A DNA stretch of 64,000 bases from Candidatus Binatus sp. (GCF_030646925.1 NZ_JAUSKL010000124.1:48298-112297); one strand, 5' to 3'; shown: positions 28,196-39,354, counted from the stretch's first letter. The notes: generated from the letters alone by a model not told the origin. Program-made: numbers and translations.

Positions 28196-28305
28196 GAGTT
28201 CGAAACCCCTCACGGGTTTCGAGCTTCCTGGGGCGACGCGAAGCCGACTTCGGGCCGCAGGGCCGAATCGCGATAAGATAAGATGCGCGCTACGCGCTGT
28301 TAGTA
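28196..28305 (+). repeat. structured intergenic repeat element family A, copy 2
   Basis: see copy 1. Confidence 0.6.
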
Positions 28306-28355
28306 AAAGGCATAAGAGAAAAAAGTAGGTTAGATGATTCAGCCAACGATGCGCG

Positions 28356-29369
28356 ATGAGGGCGATTCAGATGAATCGAAGTAGGAGAGCATTCATAGGG
28401 GCAGTCGCGATCGCGGTTGTGGTGGTTGTGCTGAAGGAGGTGGCAACATCGCGCGCTGAAGAAAAAGGCGACCCGTATGCGTTGCCGAAAGATTGCGCGG
28501 TGCGCGAGGGTTTCGTCGCGGTCACCGGCGGACGCGTGTGGTATCAGCGGGTCGGGAGCGGCGACGCGACGCCGCTGCTGACGCTGCATGGCGGTCCGGG
28601 CTTTGGTCACGATTATCTGCAACCGCTCGGACGATTGTGCGCCGAGCGTCCGGTGATTTTTTACGATCAGCTCGGGTCGGGAAAATCCGATCGGCCGAAA
28701 GACGATAACTTGTGGCGGGTCGCGCGCTTCGTCGAGGAACTGGGGCAGGTGCGCGCGGCGCTCGGCTTGAAGCGCGTGCATATCCTCGGGCAATCGTGGG
28801 GCACGATGCTGTTGACGTCCTATATGCTGACCAAGCCGGACGGCGTCGCGAGCGTGATTTTTTCCGATCCGGCGATCTCGATGCCGCAGTGGGTGAAGGA
28901 TGCGCGGCGGCTTCGCAGCGAGTTGCCGGCGGAGACGCAGGCGACGCTCGATCGCCACGAGAAGCTGGGCTCGACGAACTGCTACGAGTATCAAGCCGCG
29001 GTGAACGAGTACTACAAACGCCACGTATGCCGGCTGGCGGTTTATCCCGAGGTGCTCGAGCGCGCGTTCGCCGGACTCGGGCAAAACGTTTACCTCACGA
29101 TGAACGGCCCGACCGAGTTCAGCGTGACGGGAAATTTGAAGGACTATGATCGCGTCGCGCGGCTCAAGGAAATCGCGCATCCTGCGATGTTCATCTGCGG
29201 GCGTTTTGACGAAGGAACGCCGGAGGCGACCGAGTCGTATCATCGCGCGATGCCGGGCTCGGAGTTCGTCGTGATGGAAAAGAGTTCGCATATGCCGATG
29301 CTCGAGGAGCCAGACAGATATATCGAGGTGGTGCGCGAGTTCATCGGCAAAAACGATCACGCGCAGTAA
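28356..29369 (+). CDS. proline iminopeptidase-family alpha/beta hydrolase (S33), Tat-type signal
   Basis: RRAFIGA twin-arginine N-terminus; HGGPGFGHDY oxyanion region; GQSWG nucleophile elbow. Confidence 0.8.
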   Translation: MRAIQMNRSRRAFIGAVAIAVVVVVLKEVATSRAEEKGDPYALPKDCAVREGFVAVTGGRVWYQRVGSGDATPLLTLHGGPGFGHDYLQPLGRLCAERPVIFYDQLGSGKSDRPKDDNLWRVARFVEELGQVRAALGLKRVHILGQSWGTMLLTSYMLTKPDGVASVIFSDPAISMPQWVKDARRLRSELPAETQATLDRHEKLGSTNCYEYQAAVNEYYKRHVCRLAVYPEVLERAFAGLGQNVYLTMNGPTEFSVTGNLKDYDRVARLKEIAHPAMFICGRFDEGTPEATESYHRAMPGSEFVVMEKSSHMPMLEEPDRYIEVVREFIGKNDHAQ

Positions 29370-29382
29370 AGAAGGAGAAGAG

Positions 29383-29450
29383 ATCCGAAACCTCACGAGG
29401 TTTCGGGCTTCCTGGGGCAAAGAAGATGCGCGCTACGCGCTGTGAATAAG
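29383..29450 (+). repeat. structured intergenic repeat family A, copy 3 (shorter; hairpin 1 with compensatory substitutions, hairpin 3 conserved)
   Basis: ccgaaacctcacgaggtttcgg vs cgaaacccctcacgggtttcg; ttcctggggc and gcgcgctacgcgc conserved. Confidence 0.5.
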
Positions 29451-29513
29451 GGCACAAGGAACGGCGTCGCGCCGTTGTCGGGGCTAACTTAGCATTCTGT
29501 TAGCGGAGTAAAT

Positions 29514-30340
29514 TTGCCACCGGATATTGAAGTTGCTATCACTCTTCGTGAAATCAGCTCGGGAGCCAGCGTGCCACTCAGCAAAGACAAGTTACGGAGT
29601 ACTGTTTCGAAACTTGCCGAGCGCCCCGGTCATGAGGCGGTCCGCAGCGCCGTCAAGGCGCTTCTGGTTATCATCTGGGCGCGGAGCCCTCGGACGTTCA
29701 CTTCGAGAAAACTCTACCGGAAGTCAGCGGCCGGCTCGATGCCCTGATCGGTCGGACCGTTTTTGAATTCAAATCTGATCTGAGAAAAGAACGCGCAGAT
29801 GCCGAAGCGCAGCTTTCCTCCTACCTGGCTGATCGTCAGAAGGCGACGGGTGATCGGTTCATAGGGATTGCCGCTGACGGTGCTGAGTTCGTCCCGTACG
29901 AATTGCGAAACGGCAAGCTTCGCACCTTCCAACCGTTCAAAGTTTTGCGTGGTGACTGGGAAGGGCTCACGCGCTGGCTGCGCAGCTTCGTGGCACTCGA
30001 CCCGGAAAAGCGTCCCGATCCCGAGACGGTGCGAAAAGAACTTGACCGTGAAAGCCTCGTTTACGAAATCGCGCGTTCGCGAATCGGCGAACTATGGGAC
30101 GTGGCGAAGGGGCATGACGATGTGGGCCTCAAGCGGCAACTGTGGGCCGATCGTCTGAGCCTGGTGTATGGCACCGCCATCAACGACGACGATCTCTTCT
30201 TCCAGCACACCTATCTCACGATAGTGGCCAAAACCATGGCCACGCTGGTGCTTGACGTAAAAGTGCCCGATGCGCCGAAGTTGCTGTCCGGCCGAGTATT
30301 TCAGGATGCAGGAATCGAAGGGGTCGATCCCGCAATTTGA
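29514..30340 (+). pseudogene. N-terminal fragment of MmeI-like type IIL restriction-modification enzyme / class I DNA MTase (frameshifted near 29665, truncated)
   Basis: PD-ExK nuclease-like motif LDALIGRTVFEFKSDL followed by region paralleling MmeI (EMKS...AYDQALDY); only ~330 aa of an expected ~900; stops and frame change. Confidence 0.45.
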
Positions 30341-30596
30341 CAGCGCCAATCCTGTTCATCGCGATCTTGCCTCCGCGGCCGAGAAGGCGGAGCAGATCGC
30401 ATCTTCGGTCGAGATACCCGAGGCGCTTCATTTCACGCGCGCACGCCAACTGATCCGCAAATCCTTGAAGGATGCGGGACTCTGGGATCAAATCGAAAAG
30501 CTGGCCGAAGCCGCACTGCGGTAAGATCAGGCCTCTTTGGCGCCCTGTTGTCGGAGCGGCGACAGTGGTTACTCTAATACAGAGGCTGAGCATCAA

Positions 30597-33230
30597 ATGG
30601 CCGAAAACCGGTTCACCGATAAACTCCAGGAAGCGCTAGGACGCGCGCAAAACGCGGCGCTCAGCGCGCACAATCAAGCCGTCGACGCCGAGCATCTGCT
30701 GTCGGCATTGCTCGAGGATGACGAGGGTCTGGCTTCATCGATCCTGAAGCTGACCGGCGCCGATCGCGCGGGGGTGCGGCGCAAACTCGAGGCCGAACTA
30801 AAGAAGATTCCACAAGTCACCGGCAGCGGTTCGGATGCGGGGCAAATCTATGCCACGCAGCGGCTCGGGCGAATTCTCGCGCGCGCCGAACAGGAAGCCG
30901 GCAAGCTCAAGGACGATTATATCTCGGTCGAGCACGTGCTGATCGCGATGCTCGACGAGCCCGGCGCGTCGGCGAAAATCCTGCGCGAAGCGGGCGTCAC
31001 GCACGACAAGCTGATGAGCGTGCTCAAGAAGGTGCGCGGCAATCAGCGCGTGAGTTCGTCGAATCCCGAGGCAACCTACCAGGCGTTAGAGCGCTACGGC
31101 CGCGACCTGACCGAGGCCGCCAAGCAGAACAAGCTCGACCCGGTGATTGGGCGCGACGAGGAGATTCGCCGCGTGGTGCAGGTGCTCTCGCGCCGCACCA
31201 AGAATAACCCGGTGCTGATTGGCGAGCCGGGCGTCGGCAAGACCGCGATCGTCGAGGGGCTGGCGCAGCGAATTGTCGCGGGCGACGTGCCGGAGAATCT
31301 CAAAAATCGCAAAGTAGTCACGCTCGATATGGGCGCGCTGATCGCGGGCGCGAAGTTTCGCGGCGAATTCGAGGAGCGCCTGAAGGCGGTGCTGAAGGAA
31401 GTGCAGGAGGCGGCGGGCGAGATAATTCTGTTTATCGACGAGTTGCACACCGTGGTCGGCGCGGGCGCGGCCCAAGGCGCGATGGACGCGTCGAATCTGC
31501 TGAAGCCGATGCTGGCGCGCGGCGAACTGCATTGTATCGGCGCGACCACGATCGACGAGTATCGCAAGCATATCGAGAAGGACGCGGCGCTCGAGCGGCG
31601 CTTTCAGCCGGTGTTGGTCGAGGAGCCGAGCGTCGAGGATACGATTTCGATCCTGCGCGGGCTGAAGGAGCGTTACGAAGTTCATCACGGGATTCGAATC
31701 AAGGATGCGGCGCTGGTGACGGCGGCGGTGCTCTCGAAACGCTACATCACGGATCGGTTCCTGCCGGACAAGGCGATCGATCTGATCGATGAATCGGCGG
31801 CCAAGCTGCGCACCGAAAAAGAATCGATGCCGGCCGCGATCGACGAAGTTAATCGGCGCGTGATGCAACTGGAGATCGAACGCGAGGCGCTCAAACGCGA
31901 GACCGACCAGGCCTCGCGCGATCGGCTGGAGAAACTCGAGAAGGAGCTCGCGGAAATCAAGGACAAGCGCGCGACGCTGCAGGCGCAGTGGGAAACCGAG
32001 CGCGGCGGCCTCGAGAAGCTCGCGAAAATCAAGGCGGAGATCGAGCAGACCAAGCAGGGGATCGAGAAAGCGAAACGCGAATACGATCTGAACAAGGTCG
32101 CCGAGCTGCAATACGGCAAGCTCGCGTCGCTGGAAAAAGAACTCGCGGCGGAAGAAACCAAGCTGATCGAGAAGCACGGCGGCGGCGATCGATTGATCAA
32201 GGAAGAAGTGGACGAGGACGATATCGCGGAGGTCGTCGCGCGATGGACCGGCGTCCCGGTGTCGCGACTCCTCGAGGGCGAAGTGCAGAAGCTGGCGCAT
32301 CTGGAGGAGCATCTGCACAAGCGCGTGATCGGGCAGGACGAAGCGGTGATTGCGGTGTCCGACGCGGTAATCCGCGCGCGGGCGGGACTGAAGGATCCCA
32401 ATCGTCCGATCGGATCGTTTATTTTCCTGGGGCCGACCGGAGTCGGCAAAACCGAACTCGCGCGGGCGCTCGCGGAATTTCTGTTCGACGACGAAGCCGC
32501 GATGATCCGAATCGACATGTCGGAGTACATGGAAAAGCACACCGTCTCGCGACTGGTGGGCGCGCCGCCGGGCTACGTCGGCTTCGAGGAAGGCGGGCAG
32601 CTTACGGAAGCGGTGCGGCGGCGACCGTACTCGGTGATCCTGTTCGACGAAATCGAAAAGGCGCACGGCGACGTGTTCAACGTCCTGCTGCAACTGCTCG
32701 ACGACGGCCGGCTGACCGACGGCCACGGGCGCACGGTGGATTTTCGCAACACCGTCGTGATCATGACGTCGAATATCGCGAGCCAGTTGATTCTCGGATT
32801 CAAGGGCCAGAATTACGAGCGGATGAAAATCGAGGCGCTCGAGGTGCTGCGGCAGAGTTTCCGGCCGGAGTTTCTGAATCGCGTCGATGAGGTGGTGGTG
32901 TTCCATCCGCTGACTCGCGAGGAGCTGCGGAAAATCGTGGATATCCAACTTATGCGGCTGCGCGCGCGGCTCGAGGAGCGCAAGATCGAACTCGAGTTGA
33001 GCGACAAGGCGCGCGACTACCTGGCCGAGCACGGCTACGATCCGTCGTATGGAGCACGTCCGCTGAAGCGGATGATCCAGCGCGAACTCGAAACCGCGCT
33101 CGGGCGCAAGCTGCTGGCCGGCGAAATTCGCGACGGCTCGAAGGTGATGGTTGACGCGGGCCGGAACGGGCTGGAAATTTCGGGGAGTGCGCCTGCCGCG
33201 TCTGCGGATGACTCGCGCGCGGCGACGTAA
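30597..33230 (+). CDS. clpB: ATP-dependent chaperone ClpB
   Basis: Two AAA+ modules ([16 protein letters not shown]), long coiled-coil middle domain, Clp N-domain repeats. Confidence 0.95.
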   Translation: MAENRFTDKLQEALGRAQNAALSAHNQAVDAEHLLSALLEDDEGLASSILKLTGADRAGVRRKLEAELKKIPQVTGSGSDAGQIYATQRLGRILARAEQEAGKLKDDYISVEHVLIAMLDEPGASAKILREAGVTHDKLMSVLKKVRGNQRVSSSNPEATYQALERYGRDLTEAAKQNKLDPVIGRDEEIRRVVQVLSRRTKNNPVLIGEPGVGKTAIVEGLAQRIVAGDVPENLKNRKVVTLDMGALIAGAKFRGEFEERLKAVLKEVQEAAGEIILFIDELHTVVGAGAAQGAMDASNLLKPMLARGELHCIGATTIDEYRKHIEKDAALERRFQPVLVEEPSVEDTISILRGLKERYEVHHGIRIKDAALVTAAVLSKRYITDRFLPDKAIDLIDESAAKLRTEKESMPAAIDEVNRRVMQLEIEREALKRETDQASRDRLEKLEKELAEIKDKRATLQAQWETERGGLEKLAKIKAEIEQTKQGIEKAKREYDLNKVAELQYGKLASLEKELAAEETKLIEKHGGGDRLIKEEVDEDDIAEVVARWTGVPVSRLLEGEVQKLAHLEEHLHKRVIGQDEAVIAVSDAVIRARAGLKDPNRPIGSFIFLGPTGVGKTELARALAEFLFDDEAAMIRIDMSEYMEKHTVSRLVGAPPGYVGFEEGGQLTEAVRRRPYSVILFDEIEKAHGDVFNVLLQLLDDGRLTDGHGRTVDFRNTVVIMTSNIASQLILGFKGQNYERMKIEALEVLRQSFRPEFLNRVDEVVVFHPLTREELRKIVDIQLMRLRARLEERKIELELSDKARDYLAEHGYDPSYGARPLKRMIQRELETALGRKLLAGEIRDGSKVMVDAGRNGLEISGSAPAASADDSRAAT

Positions 33231-33786
33231 GGCATCGAAGGAGAACGATCGCATCCGCTGTAAACTGCGCATAGCTGTGGCCGCGATCGCAGCCGCACGC
33301 GCAATCGCGAGCGCGCCGCAGATCGCGGCGTGCTTTCCGTGGAGTATCGACATGTATCGCGGACCGGAGGTGCAGCCGTTTGCGGTTGCGCCGCGGGTGA
33401 CGCCCACCGACACGATTCCCGTGCATGGCGGCGAGGCGCCGATGAGCATCGGGGAAGCGACAATCAAGATGCACAATCCGCTCGAGCCGACGCCGCAAAA
33501 TCTCGCGAAGGGCCACGTGCAATTCGACACGTATTGCGCGCCTTGTCACGGCGACAACGGCCAGGGCAAAGGCCCGGTCGCGCATCTGCTGATGAAATCG
33601 CCGAAGAATCTGATCACCGGCGCGAGCAAAAACCTGCCCGACGGATATATCTACGGCGCGATTCGCAACGGCGTGCTGACGATGCCGTCGTACGCGAATG
33701 AAATGCCAATCGAGCAGCGCTGGCAGGCGGTGATGTATCTGCGCTCGATGCAGGCGGCCCAGAAAAACAAGCTGGCCGGCAAGTAA
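33208..33786 (+). CDS. c-type cytochrome (mono-haem), possible lipoprotein signal; start uncertain
   Basis: CAPCH haem-binding motif; candidate signal/lipobox ...APQIAAC; alternative start at 33352. Confidence 0.65.
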   Translation: MTRARRRKASKENDRIRCKLRIAVAAIAAARAIASAPQIAACFPWSIDMYRGPEVQPFAVAPRVTPTDTIPVHGGEAPMSIGEATIKMHNPLEPTPQNLAKGHVQFDTYCAPCHGDNGQGKGPVAHLLMKSPKNLITGASKNLPDGYIYGAIRNGVLTMPSYANEMPIEQRWQAVMYLRSMQAAQKNKLAGK

Positions 33787-33855
33787 CCTCGAACCGCTCT
33801 CCGACCTATTGCAACGGAACGACAGTTCCGGCGCGTAATCGCCGCCGCGATTCCG

Positions 33856-34809
33856 ATGGCAGTTAGACTTAACGTGGGCGATATCGCGAGCGTGGTGCAG
33901 GCGGCGATCGGCGGGCAAGCTGTGACGCAGGTGCTCGAAGGCGATCGCCGCTTCGATTTGGTCGTGCGATGGAAGCCGCAGTATCGCCAGAGTCTCGACG
34001 CGATCCGCGATATCCGCGTGAACGTTCCCGGCGGCGGGCAGGCGCCGCTCGCGCAGGTAGCGAGCATCCAGAATGCTGCGGGAGCATCGTTCATTTATCG
34101 TGAGCAGTTGGAGCGCTACGTGCCGGTGCGATTCGCGGTGCGCGATCGCGATCTGCAGAGCTCGGTCCGTGAAGCCAAGGCCAAGGTCGCGAAAAATGTA
34201 CACCTGCCTGAGGGCGTCCATCTTGAATGGGCTGGTGAATACGGCGAGCTTCAGGAGGCGAATCGGCGCCTCGCAGTGGTAGTGCCGTTCGCGCTGTTGT
34301 TGATCGCGGGCGGGCTCTACGGCGCGACCAATTCGTTGATCGATACCTTCATCATCATGGTGCAGATTCCGGTCGCTTGCTTGTGCGGAATCGTCGGATT
34401 GGTCATCACAGGCACGCCGTTCAGCGTGTTGGCGGCGGTGGGATTCATTTCGATTTTCGGAATCGCGGTGAGAGATGGAATCCTGCTGAGCTTTTACATC
34501 CGGCAACTGTGGGAGCAGGGGCGTCCGTTTGCCGAGGCGATCGTGCTCGGATCGGATCGGCGGTTGCGCGCGACGATGATGACCGATCTAGTCGACGCGC
34601 TCGGACTGTTGCCGGCGGCGATATCGACGCGAATCGGCGCGCAGACGCAGCGTCCGCTGGCGATCGTCGTAATCGGCGGCGCGCTCGCGATCATGGTGCT
34701 CACGCGAATGCTGCAGCCGGTGCTGATTTTCCTGTGTCATCGAAAGCTGCGACTGGCGGACAACGCGGCGCGGCCGACGCAGGTCTTCGAGCCCGGTACG
34801 CTCGCGTAA
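33856..34809 (+). pseudogene. C-terminal ~315-aa fragment of a CzcA/CusA-type heavy-metal RND efflux pump
   Basis: Matches the C-terminal TM bundle of HME-RND proteins; N-terminal ~700 aa absent (cytochrome c and clpB lie upstream). Confidence 0.7.
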
Positions 34810-34888
34810 GCGAACTTCTCTGACATTTCGTCAAGCTCGCGGAACGAGGTGAAACCGTGGTAAACGGTCGTCAGGAGGATCTCACACC

Positions 34889-35731
34889 ATGGAATTCGAG
34901 ATGCTCGCGAGCGGCTACGGCTTGCTCGAGGCGCCGCGCGTCGATGAGCGCGAACGATTCTACTTCAGCGACATCCCCAACGGCGGAGTTTACCGGCGCA
35001 ATCCCGGCGGCAGCGTCGAGACGCTGATCCCGAAGCGGCGCGGCGTCGGCGGCATGATCTTCAATCAGAGCGGCGGACTCGTGCTGACCGGCAAAGGGCT
35101 GATTCACTGGGACGAAAAGACCGGCAAGAGCCGCGACTTGTTCGCGTCGTGGGAAGGCAAGCCGGTCAGCATGAACGATCTGACGACCGACGATCACGGC
35201 GGCGTGTACACCGGCACGATTAATTTCGATCCGCTGAGCAACAACAAGCCGATTCCGGGGAGCCTGTTTCGAATAGATCCGCCCGGGCGCGCGCACAAGT
35301 TGTGGGACGGAATCGAGGTGTCGAACGGGCTCGGGCTCAGTCCCGATCGCAAGATGCTGTTTCATTCCGACTCAACCACCGGCGCGGTGTGGGTGTACGA
35401 CGTGACGCACGATCGCGGGGTGAAGGATCGGCGCATCTTTGCGAAGATGCCTGAAGGATGGCCCGACGGATTGGCGGTCGATGTGGAAGGCGGAGTCTGG
35501 GTGGCGGCGGTGCGCGTCGGCGAGGTGATCCATTTCAGCAAGGACGGCACGGTCAAGAAGCGGATCAAATTGCCGGCCTCGATGGTGACGAGCCTGACGT
35601 TCGGCGGGCGCGATCAGATGGATCTGTACGTGGTGACGGCCGACAACACCGACGATCCGAATCGCAAGGGGACGATTTTTCGCGGCCGCTCGGACGTGCC
35701 GGGTCTGCCGGTGCCGAAGGCGAATTTCTAA
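34889..35731 (+). CDS. SMP-30/gluconolactonase/LRE-family protein
   Basis: Six-bladed propeller signature segments (GPDGLAVD-like, SNGLGLSPD). Confidence 0.8.
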   Translation: MEFEMLASGYGLLEAPRVDERERFYFSDIPNGGVYRRNPGGSVETLIPKRRGVGGMIFNQSGGLVLTGKGLIHWDEKTGKSRDLFASWEGKPVSMNDLTTDDHGGVYTGTINFDPLSNNKPIPGSLFRIDPPGRAHKLWDGIEVSNGLGLSPDRKMLFHSDSTTGAVWVYDVTHDRGVKDRRIFAKMPEGWPDGLAVDVEGGVWVAAVRVGEVIHFSKDGTVKKRIKLPASMVTSLTFGGRDQMDLYVVTADNTDDPNRKGTIFRGRSDVPGLPVPKANF

Positions 35732-35756
35732 ATTCGATCGCGCGGAATATTTTCGA

Positions 35757-36644
35757 TCAGGCTTGCGATTCGATTCGTTCGGCCACCGCGCCGACGGAAG
35801 GCGCGCGAGAATCGGCCAGTAGCGCGCTGCCGGCCACGGTCAGGACGAAGGCAGCGATTCGCATCGACGCGGCGGTGCGACTAGCGGGCAGAAGCTCGGC
35901 GAAAAAGAGCATCCCGCCCGCAATCGGCACGATGTTCGAGAGCGCCGAGGATAGCGGCATCGCGATGATCCCGCGCGCCGACGTGAATGAATTCTGCAAC
36001 AGTACGATGCCGACGAGGTTGCCGAAAATCACGCCATAGAAGCACGGATCTGACATCACGATCACCAAAACCGGAGCTGACCCGCGAGCGAGAAAATCGT
36101 CGGTCATGCCCTTGGCGAACAGGCTCGCGAGGCCAAACAGGACGCCGGACAGAATCGCCGGGGCGATGCCGCTCTTGCGGAGTCGCTCGCTCGCGTACGG
36201 CGCGATACCGGCGAAAGTTATCGCGAGCGAAAATCGCAGCAGCGCGCCCGAATCCATCGCGCCGTGGCTTTCATCGGACGAGAGCGACAACGCGAGCATC
36301 AGCATTCCGACAATGATCGCGACGATCCCGAGCCACTCGATCGGACGCGCGCGCTCGCCGAGAAGCACGATCGATAACGCGACGAAAAACGCGATGCCGC
36401 CTTGCTGCATCGCCGCGACCATCGAGACTTGCGCGTTGGAAAGCGAGAGGACGTAGAGCGCGTAGCCGGCTGCCTGCACGACAAGCCCGCCCGTCCAGAT
36501 CGGATCGCGAATCCAGGCGAGGATTGCGCGCAGGACGTTCGCGCCATGGGCCGGCGGCAAAACGTCCGAGCGGGCTTTCATCATCAGCAGGCCGATCGCG
36601 AGCAGCACGCTCGAGACGGCCGCGAGGAGCAGGTACGGCAGCAT
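35757..36644 (-). CDS. polytopic membrane protein, EamA/DMT-like (last gene of hopanoid-associated operon)
   Basis: ~10 TM helices, duplicated 4-5 TM halves; 6 nt downstream of hpnI. Confidence 0.5.
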   Translation of the reverse strand: MLPYLLLAAVSSVLLAIGLLMMKARSDVLPPAHGANVLRAILAWIRDPIWTGGLVVQAAGYALYVLSLSNAQVSMVAAMQQGGIAFFVALSIVLLGERARPIEWLGIVAIIVGMLMLALSLSSDESHGAMDSGALLRFSLAITFAGIAPYASERLRKSGIAPAILSGVLFGLASLFAKGMTDDFLARGSAPVLVIVMSDPCFYGVIFGNLVGIVLLQNSFTSARGIIAMPLSSALSNIVPIAGGMLFFAELLPASRTAASMRIAAFVLTVAGSALLADSRAPSVGAVAERIESQA

Positions 36645-36649
36645 CGCCG

Positions 36650-37810
36650 CTAGCTCTTCAATTCACGCATCACGCCGCGGCGCGTGACATGGAACTGGCG
36701 CCCGGCCCATTTCACCTTGTTGCTGAACAGGCTGGCGAACCAGACGCCGGTCATCACGAGGTCTTTCATCGGGACCATCCAGAGGTCGCTCAGCAGTTCG
36801 GGCATTTTGACGACGCGCATCACGATCGCGGCAGACATCGCAAGCCGCGCCGCGATCACCAGCACGAAGGCGGCGAATGCGGCGGCGCTGCCACGCGACG
36901 CGGCGAGCAATACGATCGCCCAGAATGGGCCGTGCATCAGGATGGTCGCGATACTGAGCGGACGGACGGTGCGATAAGTGCGGGCCCATCGCAGTTGATG
37001 ATGCCAGAAATCGTTGAAGGTCTTTTCTTCAGCGGCGAGCGTCACGAGCGAACTCGACAGCCTGATTGCGTAGCCGTGCTCGACGGCGAACTTGCCGAGG
37101 TAAAAGTCGTCGGCGAGCAGATCCTTGAGTGCGCGAAAGCCGCCGATCGCCTCCAGCGCGGGACGCTTGATCGCGATCGTCGCGCCGAGTGCATAGTGCA
37201 GCGGCTCGATCGATTCGGCGAGCAGCACCTGCGGCAGAAAATCGGTGTTGATGTAGAGCGCCTCGAAGCGCGAGGCAGTCGTGCCGGTCGGGCGGGCGCG
37301 ATACGCGCAAGTGACGATCGCGGACTTGTCGTCGGAGACCAGTTCGCTGACGATGCGGCGCAGATGATCGCGTTCGACGGATACGTCGGCATCGCTGAGC
37401 ACAATGATGTCGGCTTTTTCGGCGCGATCCGCCATCTTGATCAGCTTGGCGATTTTGCGATTGGTGCAGTTCGGCTCCTCGCCGACCACCAGCGTGATGT
37501 TCGCGAATTGATATCGCTGGCGCAGCGCAACCGGAACTTCAGCCGCGGGATCTTCGTAGTCCGAAACGCCAAAAAAATAATCGAGCCGCGGGTACGCCAG
37601 TTCGAGATAGCTGATTAGATTCGCGGCGAGCGTGGAATGGATCCCGTGGAGCGGCTTCAGAAGCGCGACCTTCGGTGCGATCTTCGGCAAGGCTGGGAGC
37701 GCCGCCGAGCTGCGGCTGGCGAATTTGATCGCGGCATGGGTCGCCACGATGTAGTAGCCGATCGAAACGGCTACCCCGACCGCCGATAGTATCAGCACGA
37801 TGCTAATCAC
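36650..37810 (-). CDS. hpnI: hopanoid-biosynthesis-associated glycosyltransferase HpnI (GT2, ceramide-glucosyltransferase-like)
   Basis: GT2 fold motifs, N-terminal TM, located directly downstream of hpnJ. Confidence 0.75.
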   Translation of the reverse strand: MISIVLILSAVGVAVSIGYYIVATHAAIKFASRSSAALPALPKIAPKVALLKPLHGIHSTLAANLISYLELAYPRLDYFFGVSDYEDPAAEVPVALRQRYQFANITLVVGEEPNCTNRKIAKLIKMADRAEKADIIVLSDADVSVERDHLRRIVSELVSDDKSAIVTCAYRARPTGTTASRFEALYINTDFLPQVLLAESIEPLHYALGATIAIKRPALEAIGGFRALKDLLADDFYLGKFAVEHGYAIRLSSSLVTLAAEEKTFNDFWHHQLRWARTYRTVRPLSIATILMHGPFWAIVLLAASRGSAAAFAAFVLVIAARLAMSAAIVMRVVKMPELLSDLWMVPMKDLVMTGVWFASLFSNKVKWAGRQFHVTRRGVMRELKS

Positions 37811-37908
37811 GTGCTTTTCGCCGCGGCTGCAAAACCGCGGATCCCTTCAGGCTGTGGATCGTCTTGAGCAGCGTACACAGTAACGAGCCCAAGCGCAGTT
37901 TGGCCGGG

Positions 37909-39354
37909 TCAGACCGCGGCCTGCTGCATCTGATGCCGTCGTTGGCGCATCGTTGAAAAGAACTGCCGGCCTTCCTTCAGGAGCCGCTTCGATTCCTCGA
38001 CCGAAGTAAGCATCTTCTTTACGGATTTGAAAATGTAGCGCGGGCGAAAATAGAAGCTGCGATAGAAGCGCTCGACCGCGCCGTAAATCTCGTCACTGCT
38101 GAGACCGGGGTAAGTAATCGTGCACTTCTGATAGCCCGATTCGTCGAGCAGCGGGTCGACGGCGAGAAAGCCGTTCTTGGTAACGTAGTCGAACAGTTCG
38201 GTGCCCGGATACGGCGAGGCGAGCGAGACCTGGATTGTTTCGCAATCCATCTCGCGCGCGAATCGAATCGATTCCTCGATTGTTTCCTTGTTCTCGCCGG
38301 GCAGGCCGAGGATAAAGGTGCCGTGAATCAGGATGCCGATTTCGCGGCAATCCTTGGTGAAGCGCCGCGCGCGATCGATGCCGACGCCCTTTTTGATGTT
38401 CTTCAGAATCTGCGCGTTGCCCGATTCGTAGCCCACCACGAACAGCCGCAGGCCGCCGTCTTTCATCACCTTGAGCGTTTCGTAATCGACGTTGGCGCGC
38501 GAGTTGGTGGACCAGGTGATGTTGAGCGGCTTCAGCAACTGCGCGATTTTGCGCGCGCGCGCCGGGTCCGCGGTGAACGTATCGTCATCGAAGAACAGTT
38601 CCTTCATCCTGGGGAACTTGGACCGCATCGCCGATACTTCCTCGAACACGTTCTCGGGACTGCGCACGCGATAGCGATGCCCCTGGGTCACCTGCGGCCA
38701 CAGGCAGAACGTGCATCGCGCGGGGCATCCGCGCCCGGTGTACATCGAGACGTATGGGTACTGGCAGTAGGGGCTGTTGTATTTCAGATAGTCGAGGTTT
38801 TTTTCGTAAACCTCGGTGACGAACGGCAACTGGTCGAGTTCCTCGTCGGTGAGCGACGGACGATCGGGATTGTTATGCAGCACGCCATTCTTCTGATAGC
38901 TGATGCCGCCGATCGTGCTCCAGTCGCGGCCTTGCGCCACTTCGAGCATCGAGTAGTCGAACTCCTTGCGGCCCGCGATATCGATCGCCGAAGAAAGCTT
39001 CAGCACTTCTTCTGGCCGCGCAGTCGGATGCCCCCCGACCATCGCGATGATCGCGTTCGGATTGGCGGCCTTGATTGCTTCCGCGGTGCGCGCGTCCATT
39101 CGGAGCGACGGCGTTGAGGTATGAAGCACGACCAGGTCGTAGTTCTTCGCCTCATTAATCGTCATATCGACGGTGTAGTCGTGCGGAGGCGCGTCCAGCA
39201 GCCGCGCGCCGGGAATCATCCCGGCCGGATATGCGAGCCAAGTCGGATACCAGAAGGACCAAACTTCGCGAGTGGCCTGGTAACGAGAGCCTGCGCCGCC
39301 GTCGAAGTCGTCGTAGGAGGGCGGATTCAGGAAGAGAGTCTTCATCACATCCAT
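37909..39354 (-). CDS. hpnJ: hopanoid-biosynthesis-associated radical SAM protein HpnJ (B12-binding)
   Basis: MKTLFLNPPSYDDFDGGAGSRYQATREVWSFWYPTWLA hallmark N-terminus; CPARCTFC radical SAM cluster. Confidence 0.9.
   Translation of the reverse strand: MDVMKTLFLNPPSYDDFDGGAGSRYQATREVWSFWYPTWLAYPAGMIPGARLLDAPPHDYTVDMTINEAKNYDLVVLHTSTPSLRMDARTAEAIKAANPNAIIAMVGGHPTARPEEVLKLSSAIDIAGRKEFDYSMLEVAQGRDWSTIGGISYQKNGVLHNNPDRPSLTDEELDQLPFVTEVYEKNLDYLKYNSPYCQYPYVSMYTGRGCPARCTFCLWPQVTQGHRYRVRSPENVFEEVSAMRSKFPRMKELFFDDDTFTADPARARKIAQLLKPLNITWSTNSRANVDYETLKVMKDGGLRLFVVGYESGNAQILKNIKKGVGIDRARRFTKDCREIGILIHGTFILGLPGENKETIEESIRFAREMDCETIQVSLASPYPGTELFDYVTKNGFLAVDPLLDESGYQKCTITYPGLSSDEIYGAVERFYRSFYFRPRYIFKSVKKMLTSVEESKRLLKEGRQFFSTMRQRRHQMQQAAV

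Noticed and set aside
31086-34506. 814-aa and 518-aa minus-strand ORFs
   Set aside because: Antisense to clpB, cytochrome c and the RND fragment. Composition is Arg/Ala-rich with no motifs.
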